Source of the DNA: Eledone cirrhosa
Lineage: Eukaryota
Assembly (NCBI GenBank): GCA_964016885.1
Contig: OZ024754.1
Location: 39,680,001 to 39,744,000 of the forward strand
Length of the DNA stretch: 64,000 nt
Direction of reading: 5' to 3'
Positions 48,313 through 61,143 of the stretch are shown piece after piece. The notes below the pieces were generated by a model. It had not been told where the DNA came from. It did not search any database and saw only the letters and a list, made by a program, of their open reading frames with translations. Numbering within the stretch: position 1 is the stretch's first letter; the number at the start of each line of letters is the position of its first letter. Made by a program: the position numbers and the translations under genes.

Positions 48313-48428
48313 ACATAGCTTACATTTGTTTCACTGAGCTGGTATGTCTAGAGATCGCTATCCGCCTAATTTTGCGTCACTCGATCGCCAATACAGAATT
48401 ATAACCAGTCAGATCTTCGGAGCATGCG
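48313..48428 (-). ncRNA. Degenerate hammerhead ribozyme with long stem II
   Basis: On -: GCAUGCU-CCGAAGA-UCUGACUGG...CCAGCUCAGU-GAAA-CAAAUG-UA-AGCUAUGU. The core CUGA is mutated to CCGA. Confidence 0.5.
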
Positions 48429-48647
48429 AGAATGAAGAAAATACACAGGCAAGAAAAGAAAAGAAAATATGGAGTAGTTATGGCATTCAATTAGAACAAT
48501 AACAACAACAATTATTACAACAATGCTATCAATAAACTATTTAAGGAGACCCTGACATTACTTAGGTGGGGGGTATATAATGTATCTAATGTTACGGCGT
48601 GAAAATCAGCTGTCATAAGGCAAAAAGTATCGTAGTTAACCGAAAGA

Positions 48648-48801
48648 AAACGAAAAACATGGGCGGAGGTGGTGAGAGTAGCTCTCAGATCGTTGAAGCT
48701 CACGGAGGAGATGACGAAGGACTGTGACAAGTCGAGAGATGCTGTGCTGAATAGGACACATCCCACCCTTGCAAGCAGGGAAAAGCAGACGTAAAAAGAT
48801 G

Positions 48802-48803
<2 letters not shown>
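48648..48803 (+). mobile_element. RTE-clade LINE 3' end sharing its tail with SINE family 1
   Basis: RKTWAEVVRVALRSLKLTEEMTKDCDKSRDAVLNRTHPTLASRE fits the RTE C-terminal pattern RP.KTW...V..D. It ends cccacccttgcaagcagggaaaagcagacgtaaaaagatgat. A related fragment lies at ~55010-55130(-). Confidence 0.75.
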
Positions 48804-48830
<27 letters not shown>

Positions 48831-48832
<2 letters not shown>

Positions 48833-49140
48833 GTTGTCCCCCAGTATTTGCTGGGCTTACATTCCTAGAGCACACGTGAAGAGTGAAAAACTGAATATTG
48901 GACGTGGTCCATATAAATGCCTATAAACGTTCAAACAAAACGTAAAATATAGGCCGACAAATACAGTATATTGTTATTAATTATTTAGCGTTAAAAAGTG
49001 TGAAAAAAATATTTATTACCACGAAAAAAGCCATTAAAAAAATCGCAGAAAATATTTACGATTCCACGAACAATTATTAGTTAGGTTCTAAGAAAAAAAT
49101 TTGTGAATAACTGGGACCGTGAATGCCGGGGGTAATTGTA
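48831..49140. mobile_element. Tigger-like MITE
   Basis: cagttgtcccccagtatttgc ... gtgaatgccgggggtaattg imperfect TIRs next to TA/CA runs. Confidence 0.5.
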
Positions 49141-50028
49141 TATATAGTCTGAAAGCATAGTCAATTTGGCAGCGTCATTAGAGTGTTGAATATTTGTTTT
49201 GTGTCTCTATGTTCTGAGGTCAAATTTTTCCAACATCTATTTTGCCTTTCATCCTTTCAGGGATGATAAAGACAGTTCCAGCCCTGCATTTGTGCTGCCT
49301 CCTCTCATTCATCTGTCACATTCTAGATGTTCCACTAGATCAAAAGGAGGGAGGGAGGTTTGGAAGTCTCTCTGTGTCTGCTTGCAACTACATGGTCACC
49401 TAAAACCTTTTCTAAAAGCATGGAACATACTACCAGGTCATACTTGATTGTAACTGACGGCTGTAGTCGTAATCCACAAACATAGCTTTCTTAAAGTTTT
49501 CTGAAGAAGACGAATATTACTTATATTTTCGAATGTAAAAAAATTGAACAGAAAGCAAACAGTGACTTGAATAAACAAATTGTGCTTTAATGCTTTATCT
49601 TTGTTCCTTGAGACACGAGTCCAAAGATATCATTTATGTAATTTATCTACATACTTTTCAGTATCATCTTTACTACAAAACCATTGTTCTCCTGTCATCA
49701 TCAAATCTACTCCAATTATATCATATATTCTTCATTCAGAATACTGTTAATGTTTTTTTTTTACCCCCCTTTTCATTTTGAATTTCTATTTATTATGTTT
49801 CTGTTATGACAGAACTATTGATCAACTGAGATAGAAATCTTTATAAGAAAGTTTTCTCGAAGATCAAGTTAGAGCGCAAGTGTATTAGAATTCATAGAAT
49901 AATTGTTTCTACTTTTGGCACAAGGTCAGCAATTACACCAGTGCATTACTGGTGCTTTATTTTATCGACCCTGTAAGAATGAAAGGCAAAGTTAACCTCA
50001 GCGGTATTTGAACTCAGAAAGTAAAACA

Positions 50029-50281
50029 CAAGAAAGCTGTTAAAACAGCAAAATACTGTCAATGACAGTGTCAGGTAAAATTTATTTCAGAATTAAATCG
50101 TACGAAATCACTGTTGGTTTCAGAGCTGACGAGTTTAAAAGATGTTTGTGTGATCTTGTCTCATCCATTTTCTATCACTTCTGCATGCCAACACACTTGT
50201 AACTGCTGATTTCTGTCCTCTGAGGTAAATTTTACCTGACACTGTCATTGATGGCATTTTGCTGTTTTAACAGCATTCTTG
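50029..50281. mobile_element. Element with ~58-bp terminal inverted repeats
   Basis: caagaaagctgttaaaacagcaaaatactgtcaatgacagtgtcaggtaaaattta / taaattttacctgacactgtcattgatggcattttgctgttttaacagcattcttg. Confidence 0.7.
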
Positions 50282-50645
50282 CATTGAGTGGCAGTATCGG
50301 CAGAAGGTCGGACGCTATGCATTGCAGCATGGACATACGGCCCTTTACAGTCTGAGTTCAAATCCCGCCGAGGTTAACTTCGCCTTTCATCCTTACGGGG
50401 TCGATAAAATAAAATAACAGTAATACACTGGGATAATTGCTGGCCTTGTGCCAAAAGTAGAAACAATTATTCTATGAATATTGTATAGTTATGCTGTGAG
50501 TATTTTAAATTGTTATAATATCACAGCTACCTTAGTACCCATGTAAGTGTGTTGTATACATGTGAAAAGCTGCAACTTTTTCCCTGATTATGTGTAACAA
50601 TAAGAGTTCTATATATATATATATATGTGTATATATATATATATA

Positions 50646-50676
<31 letters not shown>

Positions 50677-53600
50677 CCTTTCTTCTGTTTAATCTCTTCA
50701 TAATGAATTTATATTTTCACATGCCACTACTTAGGTTAGTCAAGAAAGCAGCCATCCTAAATTACAACTTGTAACTAAGGCATTGACATAGTCCCAGGGA
50801 CTAACATCAATTGTTTTAGTCATTTTTAGCAAGGCATATAATATATTTGTACTGTTTATTTATTATTTTTCTTTTGTAGGTTTCATTTTTTTTAAAACAT
50901 AAAGTATCTTATCAGAAACAATATTTTTAATATATATATATAATATAGAATCTCCTTCCTACCTCTACTATATCTGATGCTGCACTTAATGTAAGGGATA
51001 ATGCTGATAAGTAGGGGACTTAATCTGTTTACTTAAGGGATTTAGTCATTGGTAGTCATGAGATCAGTGGTTGCTAGAGTTTATTAAAGGTAAGAGGTTT
51101 AATTTTCTTACTTCTCTTCTGCTACTAAAACTACTAATAACTGTTTGAATTAAGCAGGCCATTCTGGTGCAGGTATCTAAAATGAACTTGTTCAGCTCAA
51201 CAGAAATCAAATTGTTTTCTGTAGTTTTGTCTCCCTTTTTCTAATGGAAACATTTTTCTAAATTTCATATTTCTTCATTTTATTTTCAGATTATTTCTAA
51301 TAATTTATTACTTTCTGTGTTTACTTGTATAAGTCACACTTTTTGTGCACAACTTTACAAACAAAAATCAGGGATGCAACTTAGATATGTGTACTTGGAG
51401 AGGGGATGAGTGCTATCAGCTTTAAAGTGCTTAAAACAAGCTGTATGTTATGACGGCACCCCTAAAACTCCATCAAGAAACACAGGACCACACGTACAAG
51501 ATTTTATGCAAGAAATTTCATCATTATTGCATCTAACTGTTATTATGATGACTTGTTTGAAAATATATACTTTTCTGTCACATATTATTAATGTATGTAG
51601 CAGCTATTCTATAATTATATTCATTATAAATTTTGTTAATTAATGTGTTCAACAAAGCAATACATTTTTCTAAGTTGACTAATAATTATAAACATACAAC
51701 ATAATTTCATAGGTCTGGCCTTTGTAGTCTCATCATCCATGTAGGTTTTGAATGAACTTTTTCCTGCAAAATATGGGGTGTGACTTATGTATAAGTGAAT
51801 ACAGTAAATATTAAATAAATATTAAACTAAGCAAAATAATGATGATAGAGATTATGATCCTTATTTCTTCATCCTCATTCATATTTTTACAACTATTTCT
51901 GTAAAGTGGTTGTGTAAGTGTCTCGACAAAAAGCACCCAGCCCACACTGTAAAGTGGTCATGTAGATGTCACGACAAAAAGCACTCGGACTACACTGTAA
52001 AGTGGTCATTTAGGTGTCACGACAAATAGCACCCAGAATACTTCTAAATAAACATATAAGAAACATTTATGGTTAACAAGTCTCATGTGTTTATACATTT
52101 TTTAGGCAACCCTGTATGTATGTATGTGTGTGTGTATATATATATATATATATACACACACACATATACATGTATATATAGTCTGAAGCCTAGAGGCAAC
52201 AGGCAAAGGTTACAGAATTCTGGCTGTTAATAGCTATTGATTTCATTATTGTAACAAATCAATGAAAACCAGCTTATTAAATTGAATATGCTTTTAGTTC
52301 TCCAGATTTACAATGATTTCAACACTGAATAGCTTCACTGTAAGCAGTGTTTTGTTTTTTTCAACTCCAATTAAAGTAAATAGTATTGAATGGTGCAGGA
52401 TGTTCTGATGTTATCATCTCTACAAACACTCTTTAAAATATGTAAGGTTTGTAGGCTTAGTCTATCACCCAGTTTAACACTAATACTTGGTTTTTGGGTG
52501 CCTTGATAGGAGACCAAGCATTCAGACCAGGTCTTTGGTTTGAGGTGACCTCCTGTCCTCCTCTCTGACTAAACAGTAAAAAAAAAAAAAGGTATATTTA
52601 TCATTCTATTGTATTTTCTCAATTTCTGAAAAGAAAGTTTCAAATTCAGTTGTTAAGTTGAAAGATTGTAAGAACATTAGATTTGGGTTCCTTAATTCTT
52701 TTGATACCAATCCGGCTGAAACTGACCCTGGTTCTATGATACATAGCTGTTTAAAGTGTTTATATTTATTTCAAAACCTTTCCATCATAATTTTATTTAA
52801 GAACCATTATGTTCCAAACACCAGTTTGTTAACGAGAAAGTTATATATATAATTGATTATTTTCAAAATTATAAAAAATATCGTAATGAAAGGTTTAAAG
52901 ATGATCTGAACAAATTGATTGGAGGTAGACACTTTCAGCATCAAATAAGAAAAGGATTTTGATGTAATTTTTTTTTTTTTCAAATTTATATTTCCCTTTG
53001 TAAAAATATTTTTTGTAAAAAAAAAATCAATTAATATCTTATAATTTTGGAATATGTTTCTCCAGCTATAAACAAGAATTGACAGAATTTTTGTCTGTTA
53101 ATGTGTTGGCTAAACTCCAAAGTAGTTTGAAAAATGTTTTCATATTTTTCCTGATTAAATTAACAATTTATTAATCGTTAATGAATCATTTAAAATGCTT
53201 TGAGGTATCTGATCTGGTTTTGAGCATACTGAGTTCAAATCTCACCTCCTGTCAGAAGTTGTGAAAGACCAATGGAAATATAGTTTCATTAACAAGAAAG
53301 GAACCAATCATCAGACTGGAGTCTGACGATTGGTTCCTTTCTTGTCATTAACTAGTGTTAATGTCATACGATAAGCAATGTTGGAAGTAGATGTTTACCA
53401 CTAAAGATTAAGTTTGCTACTTAAATAAATAAAAATGTATAAATATATAAAATTAAGATAAATATATGAAAAATAAATTAATTTGCTATGCCTGCATTTG
53501 GCTAAAATGATTCATAATATTGTAATATTGCTTGTGTTCAAACATTATAGAAATTGTGATTTGAGAAAAGAAATATATATTTTCATATATGTATATTCCA

Positions 53601-56022
53601 TTCATCAGAAAAAAAAAAAGCTTTTAAAAATTTAAACTTTATATAAATGCTCAGCAGACAGCAATTACTTCTATGTGTGTGTGTGTGTGTGTGCAAATGT
53701 TTGCATGTGTTCAAATGCTCCAGTATAGTGTTCTTTACCTCTCTATCTCTCTCACTCTTTGCCTACCACACTGCTCAGTATGTATACTCTTTCTTCAACC
53801 CATATGTTAATCCTCTCCTCCCTTTTTTATACTCTCTCTTTCTCTCACTCCATTGCCATATGTGACATTGGACCAACAAACCAACACACATTGGATATTA
53901 TATATTAGAGTTGAAGGTATTTTATTAATATTAACACATTTGAGTAGAAAGCTAAAGATCAGCTAATGATTTTTTCAGAAATATGTAATTGGAATAAGTG
54001 TAAGGAATGAACTTAACTGAATTTTAAAGGAAATATATAGCTCATTAGGAGGTCTTGCTTTCACATTGTGAAAGTGTTATCATAGAAAACAGATAAACTC
54101 CATTAACTCTGGTCAGAGATCAATCTGAGGAAGATATCAGCTAACCATAACAGTTGATATACCTTTCTACTAGAAGTCACTTCTTATAATTTTCAAATAA
54201 TTTTGAAAATATTAAAGAACTTGGAGAGATTTAGTTATATAACTTCCACATTAAGCTGGTGTTTGGAACATAATTTAACAAAAAGTTCTTACATTAAATT
54301 ATAATGGAAGGTTTTGGGATAGATATAAACTATTTAAAACAAACATAAACCCAGGGGTGGTTTTATGCAGTTTGGTATCAAAGGGGTTACGCTAGTAATT
54401 CTGTGACATGTTACCCATCAACCTTATGAACTTTGTTATTTTAATTATGTTGTCTCCTACATGGTAATGGGGTGGTATTGATGTCAAGAGGTCACTTCTG
54501 TACGTGGTGCTGCTCGTACAACCTAAGCTAATGGTTGAATCTTGCTTAACCAAACATCTAAGCTATGATGCTAAAACAGATGTAAAACAGCTATATATAT
54601 ACTTTACCTCACCAAAAAGCTAAGCTAGCATTATAAAACAGTTAAATGTGTTGCCTAAATAAACATTAGCTAGCATGCTAATACAAATGTAAAGATTTTA
54701 AATAAGATTGCATAAAAGAATGTAATTACTGTTACTTTTTTTAAATCTAAAGTAGCTTTTATAAAAATTTACAATTCCTGGGATAATTTGTTAGTCTTTT
54801 CTATTGCTTGTTCACTTCTATCTTTTAGACTCAATCAGTTGGTTTAAATTGTGTAAAACAACACTTTTATTCAGCCATACTGAACTATTCTACTTTATTA
54901 TGGATCGGCAGTCTTGGTAGAGGGTTGGACACCATGTTTTGCAGCATAGAGTTACGGCCCTTTACGGTCTGAGTTCAAATGCGGTCCTCACCAGTACAGC
55001 TTACCATCACACACAGCATTCCTTTGTCATCTCTGTGAGGCTCATCTTTTTGAGATCAGCTCTAACCACCTGTGCCCGAGGCTTTCTTGGTCTTCTACTG
55101 TAGCTTCCTTCCACTGGCATTACCTGGCACTGTAATCTTCTCTCAGTGTTTAGTCATTGAGTATTAACATCTAAAAGATTTACTTTTGTTCTAGGCTATT
55201 CATCTACAATTTTTTTATGCAAAACATCACTAGTTTTCTCAGATAATACTTCAAATGATATGATCCTATGATGAGTGTAGATTATGAAATGTCTACATAA
55301 ATATATAAGGATATCAATGGGACCAAAAATCAATGGACAACTGGAATTTATAATGGTTTATGTACTTGAGAAAGAACCATGAGGATATAGGTTCAACAAG
55401 TACTATCTTTTTCTGTGGTAGTCTTTCTTTTTATTCATGTGCATACACTCAGATGAATTTTCTCTGTAATCATGAAAGCATTTATTCTATATTTCATATG
55501 AAATATTTAAAATACCAACTCAGTCCTTTTTATCTTGTTAGAAAAAAATCTTTACATAAGATTCTTTTTGTGAATCTAGGTTAAAAGGAAAAGAACTGTA
55601 CGTTCATTCTTTATTCATCGTAGTGACTACCTATCTGTTTTGCTCTCTTTGGTCCTTTTTAGTTCTTTTATTTGCCTTCAAAGTCTTATGGAAACCTCTA
55701 TCAATGTAGTCATTCATATTCTATATATAGAATAATTGAGGTTTTTAAAATATTTTGGGAATTTATTTTATACAACTGCAAACTCTTGTCATATTTCTCT
55801 TCCTTTCATATCTCATTGCTTGAGCTGGCTTTTCTAAAGATATATTTGATTAATGGAGCAAAATAACATTAAACATTTTATTCCATAAGTTTTAGTTAAT
55901 GTTTCTCTATGTTATCAAAATTAATCTTTATGGAAATTCTTGAAATTTCCCTTACATCACCCCCTTTTTTCTTTTTAATTTTCAAATTTATATTCCATTT
56001 TAGGAAAGTAAGCAGGCATTAA

Positions 56023-56115
56023 ATGATGATGGGATGGTGATAATGATGATGGGATGGTGATAATGATGATGGGATGGTGATGATGATCATGGGATGGTGA
56101 TGATGATCATGATGA
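56023..56115. repeat. 20-bp tandem repeat x4
   Basis: gggatggtgataatgatgat. Confidence 0.85.
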
Positions 56116-57933
56116 TTCCACAATATTTTTTATATGAGAAGGGTGTTATGAAGTGATTAGGTTTATAATAATCTGAGTGTTTATGCCTTGTTTCAGGTCT
56201 AGTGCTTTATCTTTAGTTCTTCTTGATTCAGGCAAGCCACCATAATGCACTCTATTCTTCAGTTTTTACTAACTGGACTATATCATCATCGTTTAACATT
56301 TATTTTTCGTGCTTGCATGAGATAAACGGATTGTCATGTTATGAGACAAGTCACATCAGGTGACCATATCTTGCTCATATGGAACTGTTTCTGGCTTGGT
56401 TTCGATAGCTGGATATGCTCTTCCCAATGTCAACTACATTTACAGCATGGACTGGGTGCTTTTTCATTGTGTACCAGTATAATATTAGAAATAGTAGTAA
56501 ATTTACACTAACCCCATCAAATTCCATCTAGTAGTTTTTGCACAAACAGTGCTGCAAAAAGTTTGACACTAAGAAATAAACGATAAATGTGAAGTAAATT
56601 TAACATTTTTTTGTGTTTCTTAATGACTAAACTGACCTTCCATGATGTAATTACTTTATCAAATAAGTTTTTACATGGTATTTCTACATTGTTTTTCAAT
56701 GAAAGGAATATTTACTTATAGAAAGAAACATTTGATATTTCTCTACTGCTTGATCAATTGCAATCTTAGCATCTAATAGACTGAGATCATGGTGTTATGT
56801 TCTTCAACTTGTGCCAGTTTATTAACCATTTTCATGCCAATCCACACCAAACTGGCTCCTGTTTATGAAACACCCATTTTAAAGGGACCCTATTTAAATT
56901 TAAATCTTCCAACATAATTTTATACAAGAACCACATGTTATGTTTCAATCTTAGTAATGAAATAATTAATGATTTTAGTAAACCCCTCAAAATTCATCAT
57001 TAATCAATTAAAATAGAGTGTATTTAATTAGAAATATAGTCAGAAAAGGGTTAATGTTTTACACAATAATTTGTGGTTGCTTTTGGTAGCTACTAAAAGC
57101 AACATTTATGAACATATATCTGTCTGACACAACAAGAAATTACTCATTATTATGCTTCATTAATTTTCTATGTGTAACCACAACTGACAACAGATTTCTC
57201 ATGTTTATTCATGTTCACTTCCTCATGTTTATTCCTCAAATAGATTAAATTATAATGAAATAAATCTTCCACCTCAAATTAAGCCAAGAATGACTTTATC
57301 TATAATGACTAGTGATAAGGTGAATTACACCAATCTTAAAACATTTAAATTAACATTTGAAAGAAGTCTAGTATTTTGTTTCTCACGTATGTGTAAATGG
57401 AGCAGAATATCAAAATAGTTTCTAATCTATGTGGAGCTCAATTTTACTTCTTCAAATTATTTTCTAGTGAGATATCTGCCCTTTCTAATGTATTCCTAGT
57501 GAATGCAGACATAGTTGAGTGGTTAAGAAGTTTGTTTCATAACCATGAAGTTTGGGGTTCTGCATGACATCTTAGGCAAGTGTTTTTACCTTGGGTCAGC
57601 CCAATCTTTGTGTGTGACATTAGCTAGATGGAAACTGTGGAAACCTGTTGTACCTGTAATACAAAGGTCCAGCCTTGTCATATATTGTGTCATGCTGATT
57701 TTACCTGAGAAGTATGTTAAGAGTACATGTGTTTTTGAAATGGTCAAGCAGCTACACATTAATTTACTAGTCAAATGTACAGTTGATCAAACAATTAAAT
57801 ACTTATTGTCGAGTATATTCCTAACAGGGGGGGGGGGTGTATTACTAGTATATTCCTGACAAAAAGAAACCGCTATTTAATATTGAGGATAAAAAAATGT
57901 GAACCTGCACAAGCTGCAGTGAGCCATCTAGGT

Positions 57934-58130
57934 CAGGGGTGGGCAAACTACAGCACGCGGGCCAAATGCGGCCTGCTAAAGAGTTTTGTGCGGCCCGTGG
58001 AAGCATTCAGCGAATTAATAAAAAGAACAAAAGTCAACAAATTTTCATATATAATACTTAAGCTGAGAAAGCCGAGACTAGATCTAGTTACATGTTTGTA
58101 CCAGAGAGACAGCGAGCGGGAGAAGCCATT
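57934..58130 (+). mobile_element. hAT (Charlie-like) element end
   Basis: caggggtgggcaaactacagcacgcgggccaaatgcggcc is a typical hAT terminus; the other end was not found. Confidence 0.55.
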
Positions 58131-58243
58131 TTATTTCAAACTAGATCACCCTGACTGGTTGGGTCACATTCACTTCAAAATAATTTTAAAATTAAAATAT
58201 ACAGAGACATGTATATAATGTAAAATGAAATTGGAACACATAC

Positions 58244-58278
<35 letters not shown>

Positions 58279-58819
58279 ACCTATATACACCAGTCACAGA
58301 CACACACTTAGAAACCCTTCCCATTTAGCAGGATACAGTATTCGTTTCTTTGAAGTCACCCGTTATAATTTCATTCAACAACACCACCAGCTTTCTCTCT
58401 TTCTTTTCCATTTTCCTTCTCTGTCTTCACTCTCCTTCTCTGTCTTCACTCTCTCTCTCTCAACCTACTCTCACACAGCCACTTTCTCTCTCTCTCTCTC
58501 TCTCTCTATTTATGAAGGTAGGGGGTTTGTAATTGGTTAACGGATAGGGAGTTTGTAATAAGTTGTTCACAAAGTTTTGGTAGTGAATGGACCAGAGATT
58601 TGTGACCATTACAGTCAACTTAGAATAGATTAATAGACAGGAAGTTAGTTACCAGAAGCTGAGTATGTTGTTCCTGGTTTGGAACAATTTCAGTGATGGA
58701 TGAACAAACTAGTCAAACAGGATCTGACAGGTACCATCATCACTAAAAGGTGGTGGGCATCACTAAAGAGAGACTTTAGAGCAGTAGGAGTTAGCTGTAG
58801 CAAAGAGATATCTAGAAAG

Positions 58820-59056
58820 AATGGTTGTGACCACAGTCGAACCTTCCTGACAAAGTCTCTCCGCAACTCATGATTTTCCATTGCTTCTGGCAACTGCTCC
58901 ATACTGAGGTTTGTATCATCTGAAAGTTAATTGATGAAGGTTGGAGCAGGTCTTCCTCCACTACATCTCCTGTTAGTTGGTTCCCACAATAGTAGCTTGT
59001 GTATAACTTCCTGCTTACTTCTCCGGCAATGTCCTGCAATTCATAACCGTCTTTAA
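58820..59056 (-). mobile_element. RTE-like LINE ORF2 C-terminal remnant
   Basis: RRL*IAGHCRRSKQEVIHKLLLWEPTNRRCSGGRPAPTFIN*LSDDTNLSMEQLPEAMENHELRR, with two in-frame stops. Confidence 0.75.
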
Positions 59057-60929
59057 GCAATTGTAATTGTTATCTTGGGCAAGTTTTCATGTGAACTTTC
59101 ATTTGTAATGCATTGACACCAGTTTATGTTTTGTACAACGCTAGTTAGTCATTGTAATGAGTTGCTAAATGTTTGTATTAGACTAATGTAGTTGAAAAAA
59201 TATCTGTAGTTTATAATAAATAAGAAATTAAGAGAAAATTGTGTCAGTTCTAGTTGGGCAGGAGTTTCTAATTGTAAGTAATTAACCTGGAAGACCTAAC
59301 AAATTTTATTGTCTGAGGTAATTCTGGTCGTGAGGTATGTAAAAGTAATTCTGTTTACAATTAGTATGTAATTATGTAACTAATGACTTAAACTGAAATC
59401 TTATCTGACTTATGATAGTTTCTTTGTGTTTATAAACACATTAGCAAAAGCAATTTATTTTATAATTTTTTTGATTGCACAATTAGTAGTTAATAATGAG
59501 AAAGTCACTCATATGATGTCATTTATTTATAGACATTCCTGAGAATTCCCTAGGAATTCTTTGTCAAAAATGCCCCAACGAACTTAATGACAATAAACAA
59601 AAGGGTCTTAAGTGTTATATAAACCACTCAAAATAATGCTTTCATGATTGTTGCCTCTTCAGATCTTGTGATCTTTGCTAAATTAACTGATATAGATTTA
59701 AGTAGTCTTCTACTTCAGCAGTGTTTTGTTTCGACATTTTTCTTTTAACTCTTTCATTCTGATGGTTTTCATGTGGTTTATAAATATTGAAGTATTTAGA
59801 GAGATTTAAGTATATAACTAACTTTCTCATTATCAACCGGTTTTGACCAGTTTGAACATTAAAGGGTTAAAGGATCTTACATAAAATTCTGATGTAAACA
59901 AAATTTGCACATAGGTGATGCCAGATGCACAATAAGATGTGTGAAGGAGGAGGTGAGACAGGAGTTTCTGACAGTAATTTGTTGCAAAATTGCCTTGGTG
60001 TAAAAGTAATAACATAAACCCCGAGATTTGAGGTTTCCTCTCATTAACATCATTTTCAAATTTCCTCCTTGAATATTCAAATTTGCTTCCCTGTGGGGCA
60101 TGCACCCCATGTTAGGAATCACTGCACTAGAATAAGAACAGGATGGAAAGCACTCTGGAAGTTACTACCTCTGTTGACAACAAAAGGCTCCTCTCTATGA
60201 ACAAAGTTATTTTCCCACTTAATTAAAATACACAGGCAGTATATTTCATTAGAAATATTGTCACAAAAGTGTTAATATTTTCTTTTCAGTAATTTGTTGG
60301 CTAAATTTTGTTGAGGATGATTAAAATATTTCTTTTATTTTTCTTTTGAAATTAAAAAAGTAAAACTGAATGAGAAACACTATTTTATAAAGATAGCTTT
60401 TCTAGATTTTCAACAAGACTTGGAGTATGGCTGTCTTTGACAAAGTTTCTGGCAATAATACTGGTTTAATAGCTCCTGCTTTAGTGAGTGCCTCTTGCTT
60501 TCTGGCATTAATAATGGTTTAGTGAGTGCCTCTTGCTTTCAGCCGCAGATAGGCTCCTCTTAGTCTGGTAAAATTAAAGAACTCACCTTTTGACACCTCT
60601 TAATGTGGTGGTGGTGGGGGGCTGAGTGTCAAGCACTATAGCAGAAAGAAAGCTTTAAATAAACATTTTGATTTGCTATATTTTTGATGTCAGATACATC
60701 AAACAGAAATAACTGTTCTTCTCTGTTGCATTAACTTACTATAGGGGTATAGTCTACTATTTCTGTTATTTTGTATGTAAACAAAATTCTTGCCAGTTAT
60801 TAATCATCCTTCCTTAATATGTATTTATACAATATTGCTACATTTTTGTCAGTGGAAGCTTCTTTCTTTTATTATCATTATATTTAAACTGACATTGTTT
60901 CAGTAAATAAAGTTTAATCTTTCCATTGA

Positions 60930-61143
60930 CCCTTTAGCATTTAACCCGGCTGTATCCAGCCAGAATTCTCCCACCTCTTTCTGTTCAAACCAGCCGTAAC
61001 TGGCCACTCATACTGATGTTAAGGTAATGTTCTCAAAATAAATAATATCAAAATCTCATAGATTTGATATTATGCGAGATAATTATGTGATAATTACCAT
61101 GAAAATATGATAGTAAATATAGAATAATGTAAATACTAAAGGG
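60930..61143. mobile_element. piggyBac-type MITE family P1
   Basis: ttga[ccctttagcattta...taaatactaaaggg]ttaa; internal sequence matches 11146-11366. Confidence 0.82.

Noticed and set aside
58660-58810. Second RTE-like fragment on + (WFG...KRWWASLKRDFRAVG)
   Set aside because: Too short and frameshifted to call with confidence.
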